Assembly (NCBI GenBank): GCA_934097105.1
Contig: CAKONI010000002.1
Span: 12,006 to 76,005 of the forward strand
From: an uncultured Bacilli bacterium
GTDB lineage: Bacteria > Bacillota_I > Bacilli_A > RF39 > UBA660
DNA: 64,000 nucleotides
Direction: 5' to 3'
The notes under the pieces were generated by a model. The model did no database searches. It was not told where the DNA came from and saw only the letters and a list, made by a program, of their open reading frames with translations. Of this stretch, positions 46,082-54,616 are shown in pieces (within the stretch, counting starts at the first letter, position 1; the number at the start of each line of letters is the position of its first letter). Position numbers and translations under genes: made by a program.

Positions 46082-46497
46082 AAATCATCCTCCATATTAT
46101 TTTCGATTTTTTTAAGAACATTAAAGAAAACTTTTCTTTCGTCTGGTGTAATGCCACTGAAAAGATGTTTTTCTACTTTACTAATTATTCCTTTAAATTT
46201 TTCTAATGATAATAATCCTTGTGGTGAAATAGTAATTTTTCTCTTTCGTTTATCATCACATGAAGAAAATCTTTCGATTAGAGAGTTTTTTTCCATAACT
46301 TTTAAAATTTCTGTTGTAGTTGATCTTCTGATGTGTAATAGTTTTTCGATATCTTTTTGATAAACATCTTCTGGGTTGTTATTAATGTACTCTAAAATAT
46401 AAATTTGAATACTGGTCAAATTTCCTAGTCTTTTATCAACATGTCTTTTTATTAGATTACATGTGTTTCTAAATGATACTATTAATTGGTTCTCCAT
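46075..46497 (-). CDS. MarR family transcriptional regulator
   Basis: Winged-helix segment 'LTSIQIYILEYI...QKDIEKLLHIRRSTTTEILKVMEKNSLIER..DDKRKRKI'. ATG 46497 lies 9 nt after AAGGAG. Confidence 0.85.
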   Translation of the reverse strand: MENQLIVSFRNTCNLIKRHVDKRLGNLTSIQIYILEYINNNPEDVYQKDIEKLLHIRRSTTTEILKVMEKNSLIERFSSCDDKRKRKITISPQGLLSLEKFKGIISKVEKHLFSGITPDERKVFFNVLKKIENNMEDDLC

Positions 46498-46512
46498 AAA
46501 AAACACTCCTTT

Positions 46513-46555
46513 GTTAGTGCACTAACATTATATGTTTTTAAAAAAGTAAAGTCAA
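46513..46555 (-). promoter_or_regulatory. consensus sigma-A promoter plus 14-bp perfect palindrome (probable MarR operator)
   Basis: On the minus strand: TTGACT (46550-46555), a 17-nt spacer, TATAAT (46527-46532), then immediately GTTAGTGCACTAAC (46513-46526). Confidence 0.65.
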
Positions 46556-46580
46556 CAAATTTCACGAAAATTTCATAATA

Positions 46581-46609
46581 AAAACTGTAATCATTATGGC
46601 TACAGTTTT
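46581..46609 (-). terminator. rho-independent terminator
   Basis: Stem AAAACTGTA / TACAGTTTT (9 bp), 11-nt loop, T-rich tail on the minus strand. Confidence 0.65.
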
Positions 46610-46621
46610 TTTAAATAATAA

Positions 46622-47170
46622 TTATTTTGGTCTTTTTCTGGTTTTTTTATACTTATTAAAATCAATGACTTCGGTTTCGTATAAATCAAATTCTTCATTG
46701 AACAGAATTTTTAATTCATAGACATAGTTGTGAATAGTGAAAATAATTTTTCTTAGGGCATATACTTCGTCTCTTTTTATGGTTTCTTTATCTAATTTTT
46801 TCTTAAGTAGGTTGGCGTATCCTTTGAAGTCTACGTCAATAATGTCTTTATATTTATTAGAAATTCTATCAAATTCTTCTAAAAGTGTACTTATTTTTAT
46901 GAAGTCTTCTAGGTGAGCCGTTTGATCATCACAATCTAGATATACATTTTTATCATCTAATACTTGGGCTATATTATCTGTTTCAATGTCATAGAATGAT
47001 TCATAGATATTGTCTTCTAATTCTATGAAATTTCCAGTTTTTTCATAAATTTTAGGAATTTCCAATTTATTGTATATATAATCATCTTCATCATATAATT
47101 CTACTACGCACATACAAACATAAAGATTATCAGTTTTTACTTTTTTATTATTCATATTAATTCTATCCAT
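46622..47170 (-). CDS. hypothetical acidic protein (182 aa)
   Basis: I place the start at ATG 47170 behind GGGGGAA rather than at the track start 47239. No motif recognised. Confidence 0.5.
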   Translation of the reverse strand: MDRINMNNKKVKTDNLYVCMCVVELYDEDDYIYNKLEIPKIYEKTGNFIELEDNIYESFYDIETDNIAQVLDDKNVYLDCDDQTAHLEDFIKISTLLEEFDRISNKYKDIIDVDFKGYANLLKKKLDKETIKRDEVYALRKIIFTIHNYVYELKILFNEEFDLYETEVIDFNKYKKTRKRPK

Positions 47171-47252
47171 ATTAATTCCCCCAGACATAGGAAATATTTT
47201 AACACAAATTGCTATTAAAAGCAAAAGAAAAATAGCCATACGACTATTTATC

Positions 47253-47384
47253 TTAATAACCTCTAAAAGAGCCTAAAATTATTACTAACAATATGTAAAG
47301 TACAACGGCGATTAGAAGTCCTGATGATCTATTTGGACATGTTGTAACAGTACTTATTGTTTCTTCTTTACAAGTATTATTCAT
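47253..47384 (-). CDS. possible 43-aa small membrane protein
   Basis: GGAGGTG precedes the ATG. It encodes 'MNNTCKEETISTVTTCPNRSSGLLIAVVLYILLVIILGSFRGY'. Too short for the ORF track. Confidence 0.4.
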   Translation of the reverse strand: MNNTCKEETISTVTTCPNRSSGLLIAVVLYILLVIILGSFRGY

Positions 47385-47400
47385 TCTTTTTGCACCTCCT

Positions 47401-47478
47401 TTAAATCCAAGCACCTAGTATAATTATTAGTAAGATAAATAATACTAAAACAATTGCAGATGATGAAACACAATTCAT
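47401..47478 (-). CDS. tiny TM peptide resembling YjcZ-family sporulation proteins
   Basis: GGAGGAA precedes the ATG. 'MNCVSSSAIVLVLFILLIIILGAWI' resembles the 'FALIVVLFILLIIVG' core of the tiny-TM family. Confidence 0.45.
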   Translation of the reverse strand: MNCVSSSAIVLVLFILLIIILGAWI

Positions 47479-47556
47479 ATATATTCCTCCTTTTTTCTTA
47501 TTCTAGATTATTTTATGGCAAATAGGTAATTTTTGTGAATATATATGCCCTACTTC

Positions 47557-47585
47557 TTGTAAATAACTTTATTTTTTGTTATGAT
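47557..47585 (+). promoter_or_regulatory. candidate sigma-A promoter of prsA
   Basis: TTGTAA, a 17-nt spacer, then TATGAT with TG upstream (extended -10). The RBS GAAGGAGG follows. Confidence 0.5.
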
Positions 47586-47615
47586 ATATATGTAGTTTTT
47601 TAGAAGGAGGATAAA

Positions 47616-48614
47616 ATGAAAAAAACAAAAAAATTATTAATGCTTGCTGTTTTATTGATTTTGGTTACAGGTTGTGCTGTTCCAACGTTAAAAAATGGTG
47701 AACAAAAAGTAGCATCTCTAGATAAAGGAGGAATATCTGCTGATGCGCTATATAGTGCTTTAAAGACTAAATATGGTGCTGAGGCTTTTGTAGATTTACT
47801 TGATAAGAAAATTCTAAATAATAAATATAAAGAAACTGATGATGAAAAGGAATATATTAGTTCTCAAATAAAGGAATTAAAGGAATCTGCAGAACAAAAT
47901 AAAATTTCATATGATCAACTGTTATCATACTATGGTTTTAAAAAGGAAAGTGACTTAAAAGAATATTTAAGACTTAATTATCGTAGAGACTTAGCAGTTA
48001 ATGAGGAAGTAGAAAAAACGTTAAAGAAGAAAGAGATTGAAAAGTATTATGAAGATGAAATTTATGGTGATATAAAACTTAAACATATTTTGATTTCTCT
48101 AAATACTTCTGATGATATGTCTACTGAAGAGAAGGAAAAGGCTGAGGCTGACGCTAAGAAAAAGGCTGAAGATATTATTAAGAAACTTAATAAGGGTGAA
48201 GATTTTTCAAAACTTGCTAAAAAATATTCTGATGACTCATCAAATGCTAAAAAAGGTGGAGATTTAGGTTGGGTTTCTACTGGTGATATGGTTGATGAAT
48301 TTGATGCTGCAGCATTTAAGTTAAAGAAAGGTAAATATACGACTAGTCCAGTAAAGACGACATATGGTTATCATATAATATATAAGATTGATGAAAAGGC
48401 TAAACCTAAACTTGAAAAAGTAAGAGATGAAATTGTTGATGCTTTAGTAAGCAATAAATTAAAGGAAGATGCTACTCTTTACTATAATTCTCTTGAGGCA
48501 ATAAGGGAAGATGCTGGTTTAAAATTTGAAGATAAAGAACTTAAAAAACTATATAATACATATGTATCAAATCAAAAGAGCCAAGCAAAATCAAATGCAA
48601 GTAGTTCAAACTAA
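47616..48614 (+). CDS. prsA: foldase lipoprotein / peptidylprolyl isomerase (parvulin type)
   Basis: Lipobox 'LVTGC'. PpiC rotamase block 'GGDLGWVSTGDMVDEFDAAAFKLKKGKYTTSPVKTTYGYHIIYK'. Confidence 0.85.
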   Translation: MKKTKKLLMLAVLLILVTGCAVPTLKNGEQKVASLDKGGISADALYSALKTKYGAEAFVDLLDKKILNNKYKETDDEKEYISSQIKELKESAEQNKISYDQLLSYYGFKKESDLKEYLRLNYRRDLAVNEEVEKTLKKKEIEKYYEDEIYGDIKLKHILISLNTSDDMSTEEKEKAEADAKKKAEDIIKKLNKGEDFSKLAKKYSDDSSNAKKGGDLGWVSTGDMVDEFDAAAFKLKKGKYTTSPVKTTYGYHIIYKIDEKAKPKLEKVRDEIVDALVSNKLKEDATLYYNSLEAIREDAGLKFEDKELKKLYNTYVSNQKSQAKSNASSSN

Positions 48615-48639
48615 AAAGTACGAAAATCGTACTTTTTTT
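48613..48639. terminator. bidirectional terminator shared by prsA and recX
   Basis: AAAAAGTACGA-AAA-TCGTACTTTTT. It overlaps both stop codons. Confidence 0.7.
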
Positions 48640-49378
48640 AGTCTTTAATTTTGAAACCTTTTTGATATAGTTTAGATTTTATTACAAAGTCAAGTCTATT
48701 TTCATCATATTTATTTTTGTATTTATCATATAATTTTTTATATTCACTTTGGTATATTTTTTCATCGTCAATAGAAATGTTATCTAAACAATCTTTGATT
48801 ATGCTACTATGATATCCTTTTTGTATAAGATTGTTATATATTTTTTGTTTTAAAAAATAGTTTGATTTGTTTTTGTTCAAGTTAATTTCTTTGTTTATAA
48901 TTTTAATTATTTTTTCTGTTTCTAAATCATTTGTAAATATAGTAATATTTTTATTTATTATATTTTCATCAATTCCTAAGGATAAAAGATCTTTTTTTAT
49001 TTTTAGGGGTCCGGTTGTTTTTAAGTTAATTTGATCATTAATGTAGCATTTGGCATATATTTCATCATTTAAATAACCTTCATCTCGCAACTTTTTAATT
49101 ACTTTATCTATTATATCTTTAGAGTATGAACTTTTTTTCATTTGCATTCGGAGTTCTTTTTCGCATCTAAGTTTGATTTTTATATATTTTATGGCGTTAT
49201 AGTAGCAGTCATAATAATTATTATTTTCTAGGTAAATATTAAGTTCATCCTCATTTATGTTTTCTTTAGATAATATATTGTATTTTAGTATAACATCTTC
49301 ATAAATAATATATTCTTTGTCATCAAAATAAACTTTATATCTTCCGTTTGATAAATATTTGTATTTTTTTATTTTCAT
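48638..49378 (-). CDS. recX: RecX family regulatory protein
   Basis: Three-repeat helical pattern with 'SYSKDIIDKVIKKLRDEGYLNDEIYAKCYINDQ' and 'GPLKIKKDLLSLGIDENII'. Confidence 0.75.
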   Translation of the reverse strand: MKIKKYKYLSNGRYKVYFDDKEYIIYEDVILKYNILSKENINEDELNIYLENNNYYDCYYNAIKYIKIKLRCEKELRMQMKKSSYSKDIIDKVIKKLRDEGYLNDEIYAKCYINDQINLKTTGPLKIKKDLLSLGIDENIINKNITIFTNDLETEKIIKIINKEINLNKNKSNYFLKQKIYNNLIQKGYHSSIIKDCLDNISIDDEKIYQSEYKKLYDKYKNKYDENRLDFVIKSKLYQKGFKIKD

Positions 49379-49497
49379 AATGCCTCCTTTGGTTATTTAT
49401 TTTTTTACTTTATTTTGTAAATTTATTATATTCTAAGTATATTTCTCTGTCAATAGATTTTAGTACATTTGTTTGTTTTTTGTTGTTTAAAAAAGAC

Positions 49498-49707
49498 TTA
49501 ATTTTTTTTGATTATGATTAAGTCTTTTTCTACCTCTTCAAGAGCCCTTCCGATATTTTTATAAGATATATACTCTTCTTCAGGCATTTGTAAATGATTA
49601 GTCTCTTTAATTTCATTACTTCTTTGTGCTACAATATGCACTAGACGATATTTTGAATCGACGTGAAGTAATAGTTTGTCAATTGATGGATATATCACTT
49701 GTATCAC
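49498..49707 (-). CDS. rpoZ: DNA-directed RNA polymerase subunit omega
   Basis: 'YPSIDKLLLHVDSKYRLVHIVAQRSNEI' matches the RpoZ N-terminal signature. 69 aa. Confidence 0.8.
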   Translation of the reverse strand: MIQVIYPSIDKLLLHVDSKYRLVHIVAQRSNEIKETNHLQMPEEEYISYKNIGRALEEVEKDLIIIKKN

Positions 49708-49780
49708 ACTCCCATATTAAGAATATAATATATTTTAAAATAGTACAAGTAAACTTTCAAAATTAGACATTACTTGACAA

Positions 49781-51055
49781 CTAATTTTTAATTTTTTTTA
49801 GTATTTGGTTAGAAATATCATTATTTACTATGATTTGTTCTTTAACAGATATAGCAATCAAATAAAGAGCAGCCATGAAGTCTTTGGGAAAAATTAAAGA
49901 AATATTAAATAATTTTTTTATGGCTTCTTTATTTTCGTTTTCGTTTATGTATTTGTTATAAATGTGTCCTATGAGCATTTTGCCTTTTAGTTTTTTATCT
50001 AAGGTTATATAATCTAGACTTTTTGCTTCTTGAATTAGTTTTCTATTGAAGATATTGATGTTGTATATTTTATCTTCGTCAAATTCAAAAATATCAGCAA
50101 GGTATTCTAGGGCGTTGTTCATTTCAGTAGTAAGATCTTTTCCTTGTTTTATTTTAAGGAATATATCTTGATATCTTTTATTTCTTAAAAGGTCTGAAAT
50201 AGCGAAATTTTTCTTATCGGAAAGTAGGATCAGTTTGATAAGATTGATGTAATTTTCACTATATTTTTGATAGTTTTTTTCTAAATCTTTTCTATTAAAA
50301 GTATATGTTTTTCCATCTAACATATTAAAATGTTTCATGGTATCATTAAATCCTAGTTTCATACTGCGTTTTGAGTTTGATGGGCTGAAATTTAGAGAAA
50401 ATCTTCTTTTGTTGTTGCTTTTTATATAATCAATTTTAATGCTTTTACTTTTTACTTTTTGTTTGATGCCTAGGGCGGAAAGGTCTACGGCGATTACTTC
50501 GTCTGCGCCCATGTCGATGGCGAGGTTAATGGGAAGGTTGTCGTAGTATCCTCCATCTATGTAGTATTCTCCATCAATTTCTTTTTTTTCTACTGCGGGA
50601 AAGCAGGCTGCGGATGCGCTGATGTAGGAAATTAATTTGCCATTAGGGATTTGATCTTTTGAAAGCATTTTTGGAACTTTTGTTTTTAAATTCACGGTAA
50701 CAAGTCCATAATCTATTTTTGATTTTCTCACTTTAGATTCTTTGATTATTTTGCTAATATATTCTTCGGCTTTGTCGAATTTAAGTCCTTTATTTTTAAT
50801 ATATTCTTTGGCAATATCTGCATATTCTTTTGGATTGGAAATATCATGATGAAGTACATTTGATGTTTTAGTACTAATCCATAATTTTTTTGCTTTTCTA
50901 TAGTCACCGGATACTAATAAGGCACCGTTTATTGCACCGATTGAAGTTCCTGTAATAATATCTATTTTTATACCAAGCCTTTTTAGGGCTTTATAAACAC
51001 CTAGTTGATAGGCTCCTTTTGCTCCCCCACCTGATAAAACTAATGCTCTTTTCAT
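49781..51055 (-). CDS. patatin-like phospholipase family protein
   Basis: Oxyanion 'LSGGGAKGAY', nucleophile elbow 'GTSIGA', catalytic Asp 'DGGYYDNLP'. Confidence 0.85.
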   Translation of the reverse strand: MKRALVLSGGGAKGAYQLGVYKALKRLGIKIDIITGTSIGAINGALLVSGDYRKAKKLWISTKTSNVLHHDISNPKEYADIAKEYIKNKGLKFDKAEEYISKIIKESKVRKSKIDYGLVTVNLKTKVPKMLSKDQIPNGKLISYISASAACFPAVEKKEIDGEYYIDGGYYDNLPINLAIDMGADEVIAVDLSALGIKQKVKSKSIKIDYIKSNNKRRFSLNFSPSNSKRSMKLGFNDTMKHFNMLDGKTYTFNRKDLEKNYQKYSENYINLIKLILLSDKKNFAISDLLRNKRYQDIFLKIKQGKDLTTEMNNALEYLADIFEFDEDKIYNINIFNRKLIQEAKSLDYITLDKKLKGKMLIGHIYNKYINENENKEAIKKLFNISLIFPKDFMAALYLIAISVKEQIIVNNDISNQILKKIKN

Positions 51056-51087
51056 GGAAACACCTCTATAACATTATACTACAAATT

Positions 51088-51582
51088 TTAAATTATAGTA
51101 AACCAAGATGCATTTTTTAATATGTTTTTGGTTGCTTTTCGACATAGATTGTTACTGAGGACTTTTATATTTGCAAAATCTTCACAGGATATTTTGTTTA
51201 TATTCCAATAAATTGAGATGAAATAGATATTTATTCCTAAAAATTGATCGTGATCCATGTGAAATATATAGTCAAATCCCTCGAAAGTGTAGCCTTCAAA
51301 GTTGTTTGTTAAAATGATGCTTCTCTTTTTTAGGGAATCTAGATTTATTTCTAGGGCATAGGCACAGCAATCATCGATACTGTCATATTTGTAGTTTGTA
51401 AAGGATAAGTATTCTTTGTGGAAGGACCAGAAATTGTTTTTTAAGATGTCATATTTTATATAATAAGTGTTGTTTTTAAGGGTATATAGGTCTAGATTAA
51501 AATTATTATTTAAAAAGTTTACTTGCTTTTTGTTACTGGGGTTGAATATTATTTTGGTGACTATTCCTGTTTTAATGTACAT
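51088..51582 (-). CDS. hypothetical protein coupled to the XRE regulator
   Basis: 164 aa, no motif recognised. It overlaps the upstream HTH gene by 11 nt. Confidence 0.45.
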   Translation of the reverse strand: MYIKTGIVTKIIFNPSNKKQVNFLNNNFNLDLYTLKNNTYYIKYDILKNNFWSFHKEYLSFTNYKYDSIDDCCAYALEINLDSLKKRSIILTNNFEGYTFEGFDYIFHMDHDQFLGINIYFISIYWNINKISCEDFANIKVLSNNLCRKATKNILKNASWFTII

Positions 51583-51817
51583 CTTTTGTTTCCTCGATTG
51601 GCACTATTTTTAGAGTGTAGCCAAGTGGAGTTAAAATTTTAATTAGGGAGTTTATTTGGGGAGAGTTTAGTCTATTTTCTATTTTTGTAATTTTTTCTCT
51701 TACAACACCGGACATATTTGCAAGTTCTTTTTGTGAGAGGTTTTTATCTTTGCGAAGTTTTATAAAGTCACAAATGAGATTGTATTCTAGTTCTAAAAGT
51801 TCTTTTTCATTTTTCAT
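51572..51817 (-). CDS. XRE-family helix-turn-helix transcriptional regulator
   Basis: 'LRKDKNLSQKELANMSGVVREKITKIENRLNSPQINSLIKI'. Confidence 0.8.
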   Translation of the reverse strand: MKNEKELLELEYNLICDFIKLRKDKNLSQKELANMSGVVREKITKIENRLNSPQINSLIKILTPLGYTLKIVPIEETKDVH

Positions 51818-51903
51818 AATATCACCATAATAATGGTACCATATTTTGTCCCAATTGCAATGGTAATACTTAAATTACCAAAAATTAACAAAAAAGAGAA
51901 AAA

Positions 51904-53304
51904 TTAAATTTCCTCTATTTTCATAAAATTAGTAATTCTTTTATTAGTATTTGTTGAAAGTCCTCCGGTAATTAGGATTTTGTCACTTGTTTTTAAATTG
52001 AAAACTTTTGTTGCTTCTTCTCTTGCGATATCGATTATTTTATCAGTACTGTCTACGAAAGGTACAACTGTTGTTTCTATTCCGTAGTTAAGGGCAAGTC
52101 CCCTAGCGACATTTGGACTGGTGCAGGTTGCTAGAATAGAAGCGTCTGGTTTTAGGTTGCTTATTCTTCTTGCACTGTAGCCACTTACTGTTGAGGCAAC
52201 GATTACTTTGATGTCGTAAACTTTTGAACTTTCTAAAGCACTTGATACGATGGCTTCGGTTATTCCTGGTTTCATTTTGTTTCTAAAGTGATTGTCGTAA
52301 TATTTTTCTGCTTCATAGCAAATGTCGGCCATGTATTTTACGACGTGAGGTGGATTTGTTCCGGTTGTTGTTTCTCCACTTAGCATTACGGCGTCGGTTC
52401 CATCAAGAACTGCGTTTGCTACATCGCTTACTTCGGCACGGGTTGGTCTTAAGTTGTTCTTCATAGATTCGAGCATTTCTGTCGCTACGATGGCTACTTT
52501 TCCTTTTTCTCTACATCTTGCAATTATTTCTTTTTGATAAATAGGAAGTCTGGTCATAGGAACTTCTACTCCTAGATCGCCACGGGCAACCATTATTCCA
52601 TAAGATTCATCGATAATTTCATCTAGATTATCTATTCCTGTCATGCTTTCGATTTTAGCGATGATTTTTAAATCTTCACGGTGTTCTTGTTTTAGGATTT
52701 CTTTTACTTTTAGGATGTCTTCGCGTGATGAGACGAATGATAGTGCAAGGAAATCGCCGTGGTTTCTGCAGGCGTATACGATGTCGTTATAGTCATCTTC
52801 GTCAATGAATGGAATGTTTAATTTTACATTTGGAACGTTTAGGCTTTTTTTGTTGCCTAGTACTCCTCCGCTTATTACTTTACAATCTAGGTATTTTTCA
52901 CAGTTTTGTTCTACTTCTATTTTCATAAGTCCATTTTCTAAGAGAATGATGTTTCCTGTTTCTAGATCATTTAGTACTCCTTTGTGATTAACAGAAAATC
53001 CTAGAAGATCTTTTGGGGATTCTTTGTATACTTTTATATTTTCTCCATCTTTTAGAATAACGTCTTCACCTAGATAGTTTTCATTTCTAAATTCTGGTCC
53101 TTTTGTATCGTATAAAATTGCAATGTTTTTGTTTAGGTCTTCTCTAACAGTTAGTACTGTGGATATTACCTTTTCTCTTTCTTCCATTGTGGCATGAGAG
53201 AAATTAATACGTGCGACGTTTGCACCGTTTAAAACCATTTCTTTAAATACTTCTACACTATTACTAGCGGGTCCAATACTTGTTATAATCTTAGTTTTTT
53301 TCAT
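51904..53304 (-). CDS. pyk: pyruvate kinase
   Basis: 'KTKIITSIGPAS', 'GANVARINFSH', 'IAKIES' and 'MVARGDLGVE'. 466 aa with no PEP-utilizer extension. Confidence 0.9.
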   Translation of the reverse strand: MKKTKIITSIGPASNSVEVFKEMVLNGANVARINFSHATMEEREKVISTVLTVREDLNKNIAILYDTKGPEFRNENYLGEDVILKDGENIKVYKESPKDLLGFSVNHKGVLNDLETGNIILLENGLMKIEVEQNCEKYLDCKVISGGVLGNKKSLNVPNVKLNIPFIDEDDYNDIVYACRNHGDFLALSFVSSREDILKVKEILKQEHREDLKIIAKIESMTGIDNLDEIIDESYGIMVARGDLGVEVPMTRLPIYQKEIIARCREKGKVAIVATEMLESMKNNLRPTRAEVSDVANAVLDGTDAVMLSGETTTGTNPPHVVKYMADICYEAEKYYDNHFRNKMKPGITEAIVSSALESSKVYDIKVIVASTVSGYSARRISNLKPDASILATCTSPNVARGLALNYGIETTVVPFVDSTDKIIDIAREEATKVFNLKTSDKILITGGLSTNTNKRITNFMKIEEI

Positions 53305-53484
53305 TATATCTCCTCTTTCCTTATAAATATAAAAACGACTGAAATAGTCGTTAAAATTCCTTAGTACTTTTGAAATGCAAAAACTAGGGAAAAATTCATT
53401 AGTAATATGATAACATATTTATTAAAAAAAATACATACTTTTGTGTTAATTTTCAAAAAATTATTGCAAAAATAATTAAAAAGG

Positions 53485-53512
53485 TTGATTTATTAATTAA
53501 ATCTGTTAGAAT
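53485..53512 (+). promoter_or_regulatory. candidate sigma-A promoter (extended -10)
   Basis: TTGATT, a 16-nt spacer, then TGT-TAGAAT. Confidence 0.5.
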
Positions 53513-53558
53513 ATATTTTAGTTTTTTGTAGGAGGTATATATAGAAAAAGATAAATTG

Positions 53559-54087
53559 ATGGAAATTAAGAAAAGACTATTAGCATTAGGATTAGCAGGT
53601 GTAATGATGGGAACAGTTGACTGCTCCGGTAGTAAGGGGGAAAGATAAAGTTCCTAAACATCCTTCTGTTCCTTCTAAATATTCCCATGTGGATGATTAT
53701 TATAAATATGCAATACAAAATGGCGAGGCGGTAAAATTGTATAATAGTGAAAATGTGTATTTGCTTTTTGACAAGGAAACATATGAAGTAACTGAATGTA
53801 TTTATCATGGAAAGGCTTTTTTAGGTCTTGCTACTTACGTCGAATTGTATGATTTGGCAAATGAAGATCTACTTGTTTATTCTAATGGTGTAAATAGAAC
53901 ATATAACGATAAATATTATTACTATTTGTTAGAAAATAATTATCAAGTTTGTCTTGCTGATACAAGTGATTATGTGGAAGGTCATGCTAATAAAGAGTTT
54001 TACTCACTTGATGAAATAAGGGAATTAGAGCCTCAAATTGCTCAAAGTTTAAAGGCAATTGATTCTATTAAAGTTAAGAAGAAATAG
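53559..54087 (+). pseudogene. putative secreted/lipoprotein gene with apparent frameshift at a G5 tract
   Basis: The signal-peptide-like 'MEIKKRLLALGLAGVMMGTVDCSGSKG' stops at 53646. The 156-aa body continues in the +1 frame from the G-run 53636-53640. Confidence 0.45.
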
Positions 54088-54373
54088 TTTAGTATTATGT
54101 AAAATTAATTTATATCATAGATGCTATATAAATAATTAAAAAATATTTATAAATTAATTTTAATTTTTATTGTAATTTGGTTACTCAATAACTAAAGGTT
54201 ATATAAGTGTTGAACGGAACTATTTATTGGTTACGTTCTTTTTTATGCTTACCTATATTTTATTGTCTAGGATAATTAATTAAATAAAAAAACTAATTCA
54301 TTTCTGAATCAGTCGCATGCAAATTAAAAACTATAAAGTTGTGTCTGCTGATGTGTTTTAAAATATTAAGGCT

Positions 54374-54399
54374 TAATAAAACCCTTGTTTTACAAGGGT
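54374..54399 (-). terminator. terminator after tRNA-Met
   Basis: On the minus strand: ACCCTTG-TAAAA-CAAGGGT, then TTTTATT. Confidence 0.7.
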
Positions 54400-54411
54400 A
54401 ATAAACTATAT

Positions 54412-54488
54412 TGGTAGCGACGGAGGGGATCGAACCCCCGACCTTCCGGGTATGAACCGGACGCTCTAGCCAGCTGAGCTACATCGCC
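54412..54488 (-). tRNA. tRNA-Met (anticodon CAT), elongator-like, CCA encoded
   Basis: The reverse complement is GGCGATGTAGCTCAGCTGGCTAGAGCGTCCGGTTCATACCCGGAAGGTCGGGGGTTCGATCCCCTCCGTCGCTACCA. It folds into a cloverleaf with a 7-bp acceptor stem, the anticodon loop TTCATAC and the T-loop GGTTCGATCC. It closely resembles my recollection of the Bacillus elongator tRNA-Met. Confidence 0.9.
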
Positions 54489-54508
54489 AGAAAAATATAG
54501 GCAATGTA

Positions 54509-54537
54509 ATCATAACATATCTAAATGAAACTTGCAA
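54509..54537 (-). promoter_or_regulatory. candidate sigma-A promoter of tRNA-Met
   Basis: On the minus strand: TTGCAA, a 17-nt spacer, then TATGAT. This predicts a ~14-nt leader. Confidence 0.55.
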
Positions 54538-54616
54538 GTTTTTTAGAGATTTTTTGTGATTATTTTCATATTTTTTTGGATTTATTATATTATTACCCAT
54601 TTTTTCTAATAATAAA

